Position numbers and translations under genes: made by a program | Virus record (IMG/VR): IMGVR_UViG_3300033555_000015 | Coordinates: 1-35,646 of that record | Length of the DNA stretch: 35,646 nucleotides | Direction: 5' to 3' (one strand) | DNA from: a virus | Taxonomy: Duplodnaviria; Caudoviricetes | Notes under the pieces: model-generated | Told to the model about the DNA's origin: nothing | Databases searched by the model: none | Seen by the model: the letters and a program-made list of their open reading frames with translations, nothing else | Shown here: positions 16,435 through 24,974 of the stretch, piece by piece | How positions within the stretch are numbered: the first letter of the stretch is position 1 | Layout: every line of letters starts with the position of its first letter

Positions 16435-17133
16435 ATGGCGCTTCCCCCAGGGATCATCACCAAGACGCTCACCATCTCTCCTGGAGTCGGAGCAGGTGGT
16501 GTCCGCACCTCCCTTGAGGTGCTCATTTCTCTTACGCCCTCCAGCGTTGTGTGGCAGGCCACAGGGGAGACAATCCTCTCAATGCTGCCAATGGTGCGGA
16601 CAGACAACCCTACCGTTTCCGCAGTCCTGGCTCTCCCCGTAATTAACCAGCCGGGGTTGCGTGATGCTAACCAGATTCCAAATCCCGATTTTTTCTACAC
16701 CATAACCGTACGCTATCTGCTCAACGGACGCAAGACCGGCAGCACACTTGTCAAGTACTACAAGCCACTTTTGGACAGTCCAGCAATTGAGGACTTTGAT
16801 TTTATCACTGTCATCACGGACCCGGTCAACCGTGGGCCGCGAGGTATAGAGGGCAAGAGCGCATATGCGATTGCCGTGGAGGCGGGCTTTATCGGCAGCA
16901 AAGAGGCCTGGCTATCTTCTCTAATCAGTGGTGGTGTCCCGGGATACACGCATCAACAGTCTCTACCGTCTGACACATGGGTTATCACCCACAACCTGGG
17001 ATATAGCCCAGGAGGCATCGCACTCTTTGACTCGTCCAATCGCGAGTTTAAGGCTCAGATCACGTACGTAAACCAGAACACTCTTATTGCCAACATGGTT
17101 GGCGCTCAATCCGGCACCGCCAACATCAGTTAG
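16435..17133 (+). CDS. minor virion/tail-associated protein
   Basis: GGAG SD; collagen-like GPRGIEGKSAY.IAV..GF.G....WL.SL motif and C-terminal W.ITHNLG domain typical of tail proteins. Confidence 0.7.
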   Translation: MALPPGIITKTLTISPGVGAGGVRTSLEVLISLTPSSVVWQATGETILSMLPMVRTDNPTVSAVLALPVINQPGLRDANQIPNPDFFYTITVRYLLNGRKTGSTLVKYYKPLLDSPAIEDFDFITVITDPVNRGPRGIEGKSAYAIAVEAGFIGSKEAWLSSLISGGVPGYTHQQSLPSDTWVITHNLGYSPGGIALFDSSNREFKAQITYVNQNTLIANMVGAQSGTANIS

Positions 17134-17142
17134 GACCCAGCA

Positions 17143-18348
17143 ATGCCAATTCCATTCCTCAATGCGATTGACCTCAATCGTAATGAAATCCAGAACGTTC
17201 GGGTGCAGAACCTTGCTACGTCCCCGACCCACGCAGCCGGGCTGATCTACTACGACACCGCGACAGGGCTCCTTGGCGTCTCCAACGGCACCGCGTGGAC
17301 CTATCTTGCTGTTGGCGCGCTCGACACTGAGGCAGTGCAGGACGTTGTGGGCGCGATGGGCGCGGGCTCTTCCGTAGTCACCGCAACCTACAACGACGTG
17401 ACTGGCGTGGTTGTCTACACCATCGGTGCCGGACAGGTTGTTGACTCCATGGTCAGCGGCACGGCGGCAATCTCCGCAGACAAGACAGCGGACGGTACGG
17501 CAAACAAGGTATTCCTCGCAGCAGAGAAGACCAAGCTTACCGGTATCGCAGCAGGCGCTACTGTCAACGCAACGGACGCAGCCCTCCGTGACCGTCTGAC
17601 CCACACGGGCACGCAAAGTGCCGACACGCTCACAGACGGCACAGCTAACAAGTTGTTCCTTGCGGCAGAGAAGACCAAGCTCACAGGCATTGCCACAGGA
17701 GCTACGGCTAACGCCACCGACATCTCGCTTCGAGACCGTACTACGCACACGGGCACGCAGAGCGCGGACACCACGGTAGACGGAACAGCCAACAAGGTGT
17801 TTCTTGCGGCAGAAAAGACTAAGCTTACTGGCATCGCAGCGGGCGCTACGGCGAACGCCACGGACCTCGCGCTCCGTGATCGTACAACCCACACCGGTAC
17901 ACAGGCGTCCACTACCATCTCGGACTTTACCGCCGCTGTAAACGCTCTGATTGCGAACACCGTAGGCGCAGCCCCAGCAGCGCTTGACACACTGAACGAG
18001 CTTGCTGCCGCTCTCGGCAACGACGCCAACTTTGCCACCACGATGACCAACTCGCTGGCGCTCAAAGCCAACACTTCGTCTCTTGCCTCCGTGGCTACTG
18101 TAGGCACCTACGCCTCACTAACAAGCAAGCCAACATTCAGCGCAACCGTGGGCGACGCCGTGGCTACGGCCTACGTCATCACCCACTCATTTGGTACTCG
18201 CAATGTTGGCGTGACGTTGTTCCAGACAGCAACTCCATTCCGGGAAGTAGCCACTCAAGTTGACCACACATCAACTACGACGACTACCTTGACCTTCGGC
18301 GTGGCACCTACGGCGGGCCAGTACACGGTCTACATCACGGCAGCGTAA
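17143..18348 (+). CDS. tail-fibre-like repeat protein
   Basis: Three 48-aa repeats; GAAPAALDTLNELAAALGNDANFATT fibre motif; C-terminal ITHSFG domain. Confidence 0.8.
   Translation: MPIPFLNAIDLNRNEIQNVRVQNLATSPTHAAGLIYYDTATGLLGVSNGTAWTYLAVGALDTEAVQDVVGAMGAGSSVVTATYNDVTGVVVYTIGAGQVVDSMVSGTAAISADKTADGTANKVFLAAEKTKLTGIAAGATVNATDAALRDRLTHTGTQSADTLTDGTANKLFLAAEKTKLTGIATGATANATDISLRDRTTHTGTQSADTTVDGTANKVFLAAEKTKLTGIAAGATANATDLALRDRTTHTGTQASTTISDFTAAVNALIANTVGAAPAALDTLNELAAALGNDANFATTMTNSLALKANTSSLASVATVGTYASLTSKPTFSATVGDAVATAYVITHSFGTRNVGVTLFQTATPFREVATQVDHTSTTTTTLTFGVAPTAGQYTVYITAA
17491..17922 (+). repeat. 3 x 144-nt in-frame tandem repeat
   Basis: Units start at 17491, 17635 and 17779 (DGTANKVFLAAEKTKLTGIA.GAT.NATD..LRDR.THTGTQ). 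Confidence 0.9.
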
Positions 18349-18351
18349 CCG

Positions 18352-18648
18352 ATGGGCCTCCTATGGGTCGGGCCTACCCCCACGCAAACAGGCCAGCTTG
18401 TAACAAAAAGTGTAATGGACACCGCAATCGCGGGTGCAGGAGGCGGCAGTTCTCCTACCCTGGCAAACATCCCTGCCGGTTCCGTGATCACTGTATACAA
18501 GGCAGCAGGGGTGTGGCCCAGCCGCCCCACGTCTCGCACAGATATCACGGTAATGTTCGTCGGCGCGGACCCATCTCCTGCCATCGTCACGAGCCCCGCC
18601 CTGACGGGCATGTACAACGGGGATCTTCGCGTCGTAACCGCAACATAG
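18352..18648 (+). CDS. small virion/fibre-associated protein
   Basis: 98 aa, G.WP.RP motif, within the plus-strand operon. Confidence 0.7.
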   Translation: MGLLWVGPTPTQTGQLVTKSVMDTAIAGAGGGSSPTLANIPAGSVITVYKAAGVWPSRPTSRTDITVMFVGADPSPAIVTSPALTGMYNGDLRVVTAT

Positions 18649-18719
18649 CGTAGCAATATCTGTGGGAGAATTACACTACCACACGACTTCTACAAAACCA
18701 ATGACCCTGGAGGGTTCAA

Positions 18720-19379
18720 GTGCCAGATACAAGCGTAGCGATTACAGCCGGAACCGGAACCAATATTGACACGGTAACGACCCCTAATGGGGACCACCGT
18801 CAGGTTGTCATTGTTGAAGAGCGAGGCGGGTTCTCGGGACGCGCCTCCACATTTCGAATTCCCGGACGGGCTGGCACTGTAGGTCAGCGCATTTTTTCTA
18901 TCCACAACGCAACCGGATCCGCAGTCCACGTCAGGGTAAACAAAATTACCGTGGATACGGTAACTACCGTGGTAAAAGCTGTCACGGTCCTGCCACCGGT
19001 CGTCCGTGCGTATAAAGTGACTGCGCTGCCTACTGGAGGAACAGCGGTAACTAAAGTGGCCGAAGACTCCAGCAAGACTGCCAATGCAAGTGTGACAGTC
19101 CTCGGAGATGCTTCGGCAGATGGAACCGTATCAGCCACGGCTCTAGCTGCCACTCTCCCCGCTGGCGCTGTGATTGCGCAAGAGTTTTCTCCCCGAATGA
19201 TAACGGCAGCAGGATACGAGATCTCAGACCGAATCGAGTTCTTTGCGGCAACCAACGAGGCAATTACTTTGCGTCCACTAGAGGGTATTGTAGTCTCTCT
19301 CGACTACGTTCTCGCCACTCAGAACCCCATCACCGACATGTATATTGTTGGATGCCGATGGGAAGAGTTTACTCCCTAG
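18720..19379 (+). CDS. putative virion protein (beta-rich)
   Basis: GGAGG SD, GTG start, Thr/Ala/Val-rich. Confidence 0.7.
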   Translation: MPDTSVAITAGTGTNIDTVTTPNGDHRQVVIVEERGGFSGRASTFRIPGRAGTVGQRIFSIHNATGSAVHVRVNKITVDTVTTVVKAVTVLPPVVRAYKVTALPTGGTAVTKVAEDSSKTANASVTVLGDASADGTVSATALAATLPAGAVIAQEFSPRMITAAGYEISDRIEFFAATNEAITLRPLEGIVVSLDYVLATQNPITDMYIVGCRWEEFTP

Positions 19380-19389
19380 GAGCTAGTTC

Positions 19390-21285
19390 ATGCTACTTAC
19401 ACTACTTAGGAGCCCCCGCCAGGCCCCTGTAGTCACTGCCGCCGCTGATATCACTAATGCAGTTGAAGGTACCTCCACGGCCACATCCGCAACGGCTACG
19501 GATGCAGACGGCACCATCGTCAGCTACGCAGTGTCGAGCGTGCCCGCCCTCACATTTTCGGGCACGGGCAACACCAGATCATTTGTCCCCCCTACAACGG
19601 GGACAACGACAACCTACACCATAACCTGGACAGCAACAGACAACGACAGCCTGCAAGGCAGTGATACTCAGCTTATCACGGTGCTTGCCGCAGTGGCGAA
19701 CCCTGTAGTTGTCATGTCGCCCAATCAAACGGGGATCAGAGCAGGAGCACTCGTACGGGTCTATGCCACGGCAACAACGGCACAAGGCGTGATTGCAAAC
19801 TACAACTGCTACAGCCCCGCAGCAGACCCTCGAATAGTGATCACGATCACGGGCAACTCCGCCACCTTTATCGCCCCGCTGTCCCTCACTAATCAGACAT
19901 ACACTATCGCCTGGGAGGCAGAGTCTAGCCTTGCGGCTATCGGGTACGCAGAAGGCACTGTTACCGTTCTTGCGGCCACAGAGCGCTGGGCTGTTGCCGG
20001 AGCAGAGGTCGCGGCACAATTTAGAGTGCCACGCGTCAATGTGGGACCAGTCGCGGGAAAACTTGACTTTGCAGGCTACTCCTGGAATGTTCGTCCAGTG
20101 CTCGCTTCGGCGGGACCCGGCCCAAATGCCTGGGGCGACACAATCAACAACGCCTGGGTGGATGACAAGGGCCACCTCACTCTCCAGATTTTCAAAGACG
20201 CGGGCAACGTTTGGCGTTGCGTAGAGCTAGGAGGCCCTGCGCTCGGGTACGGTCAGTACACCTGGACAGTCGAGACCAACCCCGCTAATTGGCAAGTCCA
20301 GCCGGTGCTTGGCCTGTTCACCTATGACGAAACAGACAACGGCGCGAACAACTATCGCGAGATTGACATCGAGTTCTCGAAGTGGACTTATGCACCAGAG
20401 CCCTCACGCATATGGTATTCTGTCCAGCCCACAGCAGGATTTGAGAATCGCTTTGCTGACCACGGCTCTTCGGCAAATACCCCCTACACCTGTACGTTTA
20501 TTTGGCAAGCGGGACAGGTTTACTTCCGCACCACTGACTCCACGGGCAAGCTGCTCGGAGAGCACATGGTTACGGACGGTGTACCAAACCCGGGCACGGC
20601 TGCAACGGTTCGGATGAATCTGTGGCTAGTGAACGGTGTCGCGCCGGGAGACGGGCAGAATGTCGCCATGAAGATGAGCAATTTTAAATTCACTCCCAAC
20701 GTCACGAGAGCACTGACTCCCGCAGCCTCAACCACAATGGATTTTGCCAACGGCATCGAGCAGATGACTATCAAGTCGGACGGGGTAGTTGGTGGCCCCA
20801 AGGCGCGACTAGCAGGCCGCAACCTCGCCATCGACTGTGTCCCTGCCTACTCCAGTAGCTCCAGTGGCAACGTGTTTGACATCACAGGATCTTCGGCATA
20901 TATTGAGGTGGCAGGACTACCCCTATTTGGTAATTACACCCAAGAGGCGTTCTACTTCCTGATGTTCAACCCAGAAAACAACATCATTATGTTCTTCGCG
21001 GGTGGTGGTATGTACGGTCGAGTGCGTCTCAACGGCGTGAATACTCAAGTCTCTTTGGGTAACGAGGATTTGCCAAACCAGAAGTATTGGCGTATTCGTG
21101 AGGCTGCCGGGACAGTCTACTTCGACTTCTCCGTGAACAGCACAACGTGGATACAGGCGGGCAGCCTCGTGCACGGCCTACCTGCGGCGCAGCTTAAGAC
21201 CATGCGTATGCGCCTGGTCTGTGGGCACTACGGAGCCGAAACTTCCCCCACCCCGTTCCTTATTAGTGGAATCAATCTCCCCTAG
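19390..21285 (+). CDS. Ig-like (PKD-type) domains plus GH16 glycoside hydrolase plus C-terminal beta-sandwich; putative virion carbohydrate-active protein
   Basis: ATDADGTIVSY...TATDND Ig-like domain; GPGPN.W...NAWVD..GHL.L..., LGYGQY.W, REIDIEFSKW (ExDxE catalytic motif), RMNLW. Confidence 0.8.
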   Translation: MLLTLLRSPRQAPVVTAAADITNAVEGTSTATSATATDADGTIVSYAVSSVPALTFSGTGNTRSFVPPTTGTTTTYTITWTATDNDSLQGSDTQLITVLAAVANPVVVMSPNQTGIRAGALVRVYATATTAQGVIANYNCYSPAADPRIVITITGNSATFIAPLSLTNQTYTIAWEAESSLAAIGYAEGTVTVLAATERWAVAGAEVAAQFRVPRVNVGPVAGKLDFAGYSWNVRPVLASAGPGPNAWGDTINNAWVDDKGHLTLQIFKDAGNVWRCVELGGPALGYGQYTWTVETNPANWQVQPVLGLFTYDETDNGANNYREIDIEFSKWTYAPEPSRIWYSVQPTAGFENRFADHGSSANTPYTCTFIWQAGQVYFRTTDSTGKLLGEHMVTDGVPNPGTAATVRMNLWLVNGVAPGDGQNVAMKMSNFKFTPNVTRALTPAASTTMDFANGIEQMTIKSDGVVGGPKARLAGRNLAIDCVPAYSSSSSGNVFDITGSSAYIEVAGLPLFGNYTQEAFYFLMFNPENNIIMFFAGGGMYGRVRLNGVNTQVSLGNEDLPNQKYWRIREAAGTVYFDFSVNSTTWIQAGSLVHGLPAAQLKTMRMRLVCGHYGAETSPTPFLISGINLP

Positions 21286-21599
21286 ATCAGCCCTGCTGAG
21301 TCAATAGCCTTGCCCACGGCAAACGAGACGCCCTCGGTATCCTGGAGGTACTTGAGTTCTGACAGAGCATCGAAGTACGTGTCTCGGAGTTCCGTCATGT
21401 CTTGTAGGGAGCTTTCCACTACGGCAAGTTCGTCGTGCAGAATGACGTAGTCGGATTCCATCGCGGTGTAATCGTCCTGAGAGCCGAGGAGGTCATGCCG
21501 TACGTCAGCTAGTTCGTCTTCTAGCGCGCCGTAGCGGATCTGGAGTAGGAGGAGATCCTGCCGCTCTTTTTCGGAGGCTGCTTCTAGCGCGTCGGTCAT
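21282..21599 (-). CDS. acidic coiled-coil hypothetical protein
   Basis: Heptad pattern; TTGACC-17-TAAGCT-6-ATG. Confidence 0.75.
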   Translation of the reverse strand: MTDALEAASEKERQDLLLLQIRYGALEDELADVRHDLLGSQDDYTAMESDYVILHDELAVVESSLQDMTELRDTYFDALSELKYLQDTEGVSFAVGKAIDSAGLI

Positions 21600-21617
21600 G
21601 TCCGAAGCTTAGCATCT

Positions 21618-21788
21618 CTACCAGTTTTGGTCAAATGCGCGCTTGGCCTTGCGCTTTTTCTTCGGCTTCCAGAAATACCCTTTTGAATTCCATTCCAAGG
21701 TGGCCTCCTTGAAATTATAGTTCCGCTTTTCAAGCTGAACTTCCCGGTAGGCGCGGGCATCTTTTTCGTGCTGGAAGTGTGGTGACAT
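21618..21788 (-). CDS. small basic protein
   Basis: Translated by hand, 56 aa: MSPHFQHEKDARAY...YFWKPKKKRKAKRAFDQNW; GAGGA SD. Confidence 0.6.
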   Translation of the reverse strand: MSPHFQHEKDARAYREVQLEKRNYNFKEATLEWNSKGYFWKPKKKRKAKRAFDQNW

Positions 21789-21797
21789 TGGTCCTCT

Positions 21798-21847
21798 AAG
21801 TAGAAAACGGGTGGCAACTCCAGTATACCTGAAATTGCCACCCGTTT
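21798..21847 (-). terminator. terminator with a -10 hexamer in its loop
   Basis: Perfect 13-bp IR AAACGGGTGGCAA(21805-21817)/TTGCCACCCGTTT(21835-21847); minus-strand loop contains TATACT. Confidence 0.7.
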
Positions 21848-21858
21848 ACTACGCAGTT

Positions 21859-22323
21859 CTACAATTCGTGCTCGGCATCCCATGTGGTGTGCACAGCGTA
21901 CTCGTCTCCCAAAGTTTCTCGGATTCGTCCGACAACAAACGCGTCATTGTCATAGTGCACAACCTTATCGAACTCGCCACTGCGGATTAGCGATCCCACG
22001 ATTGTGGTCTTGTAAGCGGGCGGGCGCATGTACGAGTACTCTTCTGGGCGAAGGTAGACCACAGAGGCCTCAAACCCATTAGCCCGCAGCCACGCCTCGG
22101 AGACGCCTCGATTGCGCTCCAGGCGAGCAGTGAGGACTCCGACCTCCCAGCCTTCCAACAATGCCTTGTTGTACAGACGCTCGGCCTCGGGCCACACGGC
22201 GTCCGCCAGAACAAGGTCAGGTCTCCAGTAGTCTGTAGACTTACCCTCTTCATAGAGATGGAGCCGGTGACGGTCGTCACACAGCGTGCCATCCAGGTCG
22301 AAGAGCATGATCTTGCGGCTCAC
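21859..22323 (-). CDS. HAD-family phosphatase (polynucleotide kinase 3'-phosphatase-like)
   Basis: FDLDGTL, LTAR, WL, LRP....R....YK, YDND. Confidence 0.8.
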   Translation of the reverse strand: MSRKIMLFDLDGTLCDDRHRLHLYEEGKSTDYWRPDLVLADAVWPEAERLYNKALLEGWEVGVLTARLERNRGVSEAWLRANGFEASVVYLRPEEYSYMRPPAYKTTIVGSLIRSGEFDKVVHYDNDAFVVGRIRETLGDEYAVHTTWDAEHEL

Positions 22324-23027
22324 GGTGCTACACGTCCATTTCTATTGAATGCTTCATATGTGAGGGGGAACTGCTCGGCAAAGATGGCCTCCATTTTGTC
22401 GGCCACCATCGCGATCTCCTTCTGTGGGTTGGAGGGGGTAGTAGCGCGATCATCCATCGTACGAAGACTGATGAAATTCATGAAGGCGCGTGCATTCATC
22501 GTAACATAGAACTGTGTCATGATACCCACCGGCAGCACAGCCCGAGCCACCTCGTTGGCAATCCCGGCGTCAATCATCCGTTCGTACGCGGCCCAGGCCT
22601 CCTTATAGATGCGACGAGTCTCGCCCTCAACCAGCTTGATCTGCTTGTAATCTCCCGGACCGAAGGTCGGATGTGCGCTGGATCCGGTCTGTACAAGGTT
22701 GCGGCCCTCAGGGAAGACGTAGAACTCTGCCGGGAGAACAGCGTAGCGTCCTGAGATCTCGTTGTACGAGGCGATGCGGTGACGCATGAACTCGCGCGTT
22801 GCGTAGATTGGCGCTTTGACGTAGAAGGTCTGCGAGGTGTGCTCAAACGGGGAGCCATGACGATGCTTCATGAGGTAGTTGATAAGTTTATCATCCCCCT
22901 CAGCCACAGTTGGCACATCGTTCTCTCCGACCACAGACACACGAGCAGAGCGCACAATTGACGCATCCCCGCCCATTGAGTCTACAAGCTTGACATCGAC
23001 ATCATCAAGGAACAGGGGTTGCGTCAT
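22320..23027 (-). CDS. thyX: FAD-dependent thymidylate synthase ThyX
   Basis: HGSPFEH, REFMRHR..SYNEISGRY, EVARAVLP, NARA..NF..LR, Q.EI. Confidence 0.97.
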   Translation of the reverse strand: MTQPLFLDDVDVKLVDSMGGDASIVRSARVSVVGENDVPTVAEGDDKLINYLMKHRHGSPFEHTSQTFYVKAPIYATREFMRHRIASYNEISGRYAVLPAEFYVFPEGRNLVQTGSSAHPTFGPGDYKQIKLVEGETRRIYKEAWAAYERMIDAGIANEVARAVLPVGIMTQFYVTMNARAFMNFISLRTMDDRATTPSNPQKEIAMVADKMEAIFAEQFPLTYEAFNRNGRVAP

Positions 23028-23041
23028 GTGTTAGGTACTTT

Positions 23042-23227
23042 CTAGAAGAGAAAAGGGCCGGTGACCAGGGCAAACACAGCAGAAAGCGTGCCTGTGCCCA
23101 GTGCACCAAGGAGGACCGCACCAAATAAATACTTGGTGTCTCTGTCCATTCTACCAGAATACTGGTTGAAAAAGGCAAAAACTTCGCCATTGATGGTCAG
23201 AGATTCAGTTTCTTTGTCGTATTCCAT
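23042..23227 (-). CDS. small membrane protein
   Basis: MEYDKET... C-terminal TM; TGC-TATGCT-6-ATG. Confidence 0.65.
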   Translation of the reverse strand: MEYDKETESLTINGEVFAFFNQYSGRMDRDTKYLFGAVLLGALGTGTLSAVFALVTGPFLF

Positions 23228-23248
23228 ATGCTGAGCATAGCACACAAC

Positions 23249-24664
23249 TTACCGAATACGGAAGCCCCTACCACTACGGCCCGATGAAGACCCTTTAGGC
23301 TGGATGCGTCGCGCAGCCGGAGACTTGGCTGAGATGCGTCCACCCCCGAAGCCGGGCGGCGGCTTGATGAGCAGTGCAGTGAGTGCGTGGACTAGTGCGT
23401 CAACCCGGTCGGGGGACTTGTTTGTCTCCCCCGGGATCCAGTTTGTCATCTCATCCTCAAGGTCAGGGAGTCGCCCTACGTGATGGACACGACCCTGATC
23501 ATAGGCTAGGGTGATTGGCTCAGCGCGCAGCTTCTTTCCTACCTTGGAGTGGACCTCCAACACCTTGATCGTGGGATCGATGGTGTGGATGGCGTTGGCA
23601 ACAAGGGCTCCACCCTGGTTGACCTCAGCCACCACGGGGCATCCCCAACGGCGGGCAGCTTGCACAACACGGTTGGCCCAGACATCAGGAGATCCGAGTA
23701 CAGAGGCATCCTCAAGGACCCAGGACCGGCGCTTGTATAGTTCGTGCTCAGCGGTTGAGCCGACAACTACGATGCCGCAGTGGTCACGAGGATTCTCAGC
23801 AACTGAGGGGTCAACCCCAACAACACGCAGCGGGGCGTGTGAGGGGTACTGAGCGACCCGAGCCTTGTCAATTAGGTCTTCGGACCAGAGAGCCCCATCC
23901 AGGGCCTCCAGCATTTCACCGTAAAGCTCCTGGGCGGCAAGACGGTTGCCACCGTAGACTCCGGTCATACCCTCAAGATAGTCGGCACCAAGGTTTCCGG
24001 CGTTGTCATAGGTAGAGCCTCGCGTGAGCCAGACCTTGCCACCACGCTTCTCCTCTGCAATGAGATCAAAGAGGAGCGGAACACGCTTGGGCGTGGTCGT
24101 AGCCAGGATCTGTGGGTGATCCCCCAGACGGGTGGCAAATCGGAGGTTATCCCATGCCGTCAGTCCGGCACCGTCAGGAGTCTGTCGCCACGCGGCAACC
24201 TCGTCACCCCACGAGTAGTGTGCCTGGACACCACGGAGTGAGTCCGGCTCATCAGCGGACGTGCAGAAGGCCTGGTTGCCGTTAGGCCACTCGATGCGGC
24301 GGATAGAGGGCTTGTACTCGGGCTTCTCACTAGGCGGTGAGACAGCGAGAATTCCCGACTCACCTTCCACGAGGACCTCTCGCACGTCGGCGGCAGTACG
24401 GGCAACGAGCAGGAATCGAAGCTGCCCCTGGGAAGTATCTCGGGCCTTTCCTCGGATCCACTCAGCGGCAGAGCGCGTTTTTCCAGCACCACGGCCCGCA
24501 AGAAAAAGTCCCACATTCCAAGAGTCATCCTCGGGCGGGATCTGCTCGGGACGCCCCCAGAACGACCAGTCAAAGGCAAGCTGCTCCTGATCCAGACCTG
24601 CAAGGACTTCGGCGCGCTCGTCCTCGGGAAGCTCGGCAACATACTGCGCTAGAGACTTGCCCAC
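23249..24664 (-). CDS. terL: terminase large subunit
   Basis: Walker A AGRGAGKT, LRG...WGDE Walker B, TTTP coupling motif, VGVDPS nuclease, SPDRVDA. Confidence 0.92.
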   Translation of the reverse strand: MGKSLAQYVAELPEDERAEVLAGLDQEQLAFDWSFWGRPEQIPPEDDSWNVGLFLAGRGAGKTRSAAEWIRGKARDTSQGQLRFLLVARTAADVREVLVEGESGILAVSPPSEKPEYKPSIRRIEWPNGNQAFCTSADEPDSLRGVQAHYSWGDEVAAWRQTPDGAGLTAWDNLRFATRLGDHPQILATTTPKRVPLLFDLIAEEKRGGKVWLTRGSTYDNAGNLGADYLEGMTGVYGGNRLAAQELYGEMLEALDGALWSEDLIDKARVAQYPSHAPLRVVGVDPSVAENPRDHCGIVVVGSTAEHELYKRRSWVLEDASVLGSPDVWANRVVQAARRWGCPVVAEVNQGGALVANAIHTIDPTIKVLEVHSKVGKKLRAEPITLAYDQGRVHHVGRLPDLEDEMTNWIPGETNKSPDRVDALVHALTALLIKPPPGFGGGRISAKSPAARRIQPKGSSSGRSGRGFRIR

Positions 24665-24734
24665 TAGGCAGTCTCACACAGGAAGATATAATGGAAGTTT
24701 GACATACTACCATTTTATCTCACAAAGTACAACC

Positions 24735-24974
24735 CTATTCTGACGCGGAAGATGCCTTTCCAGTCTTGCGTACTGGCGTGTTCTCTGGCTTGGGAGTTTC
24801 AGCGATTTCCTGAGCCAGGATACGCTCAAGCTCTGCGGACCCAAGTCCCATGAGAGCGGTCATATAAGAGCGATACTCCACCGTGGCAACCCGCGTGAGC
24901 AGGAATTTGGAGACCTTCTCGCACAACTTGTCACGTAGTTTGGCAAAGGGGGCTTTGGTATAGGGGACTGTCAC
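24735..24974 (-). CDS. hypothetical protein
   Basis: 79 aa; TAGTG overlap. Confidence 0.6.
   Translation of the reverse strand: MTVPYTKAPFAKLRDKLCEKVSKFLLTRVATVEYRSYMTALMGLGSAELERILAQEIAETPKPENTPVRKTGKASSASE

Noticed and set aside
17491-17922. Repeats considered as a CRISPR array or DGR template/variable repeats
   Set aside because: In-frame coding repeats without spacers; differences are mostly synonymous rather than adenine-specific; no reverse transcriptase in the window
16963-18107. Repetitive minus-strand ORFs (309 aa Cys-rich and 230 aa)
   Set aside because: Mirror of the 144-nt repeats in the fibre gene
21596-21883. 95-aa ORF from the track
   Set aside because: Runs through the terminator hairpin and lacks an RBS; the SD-led 21618-21788 frame is preferred
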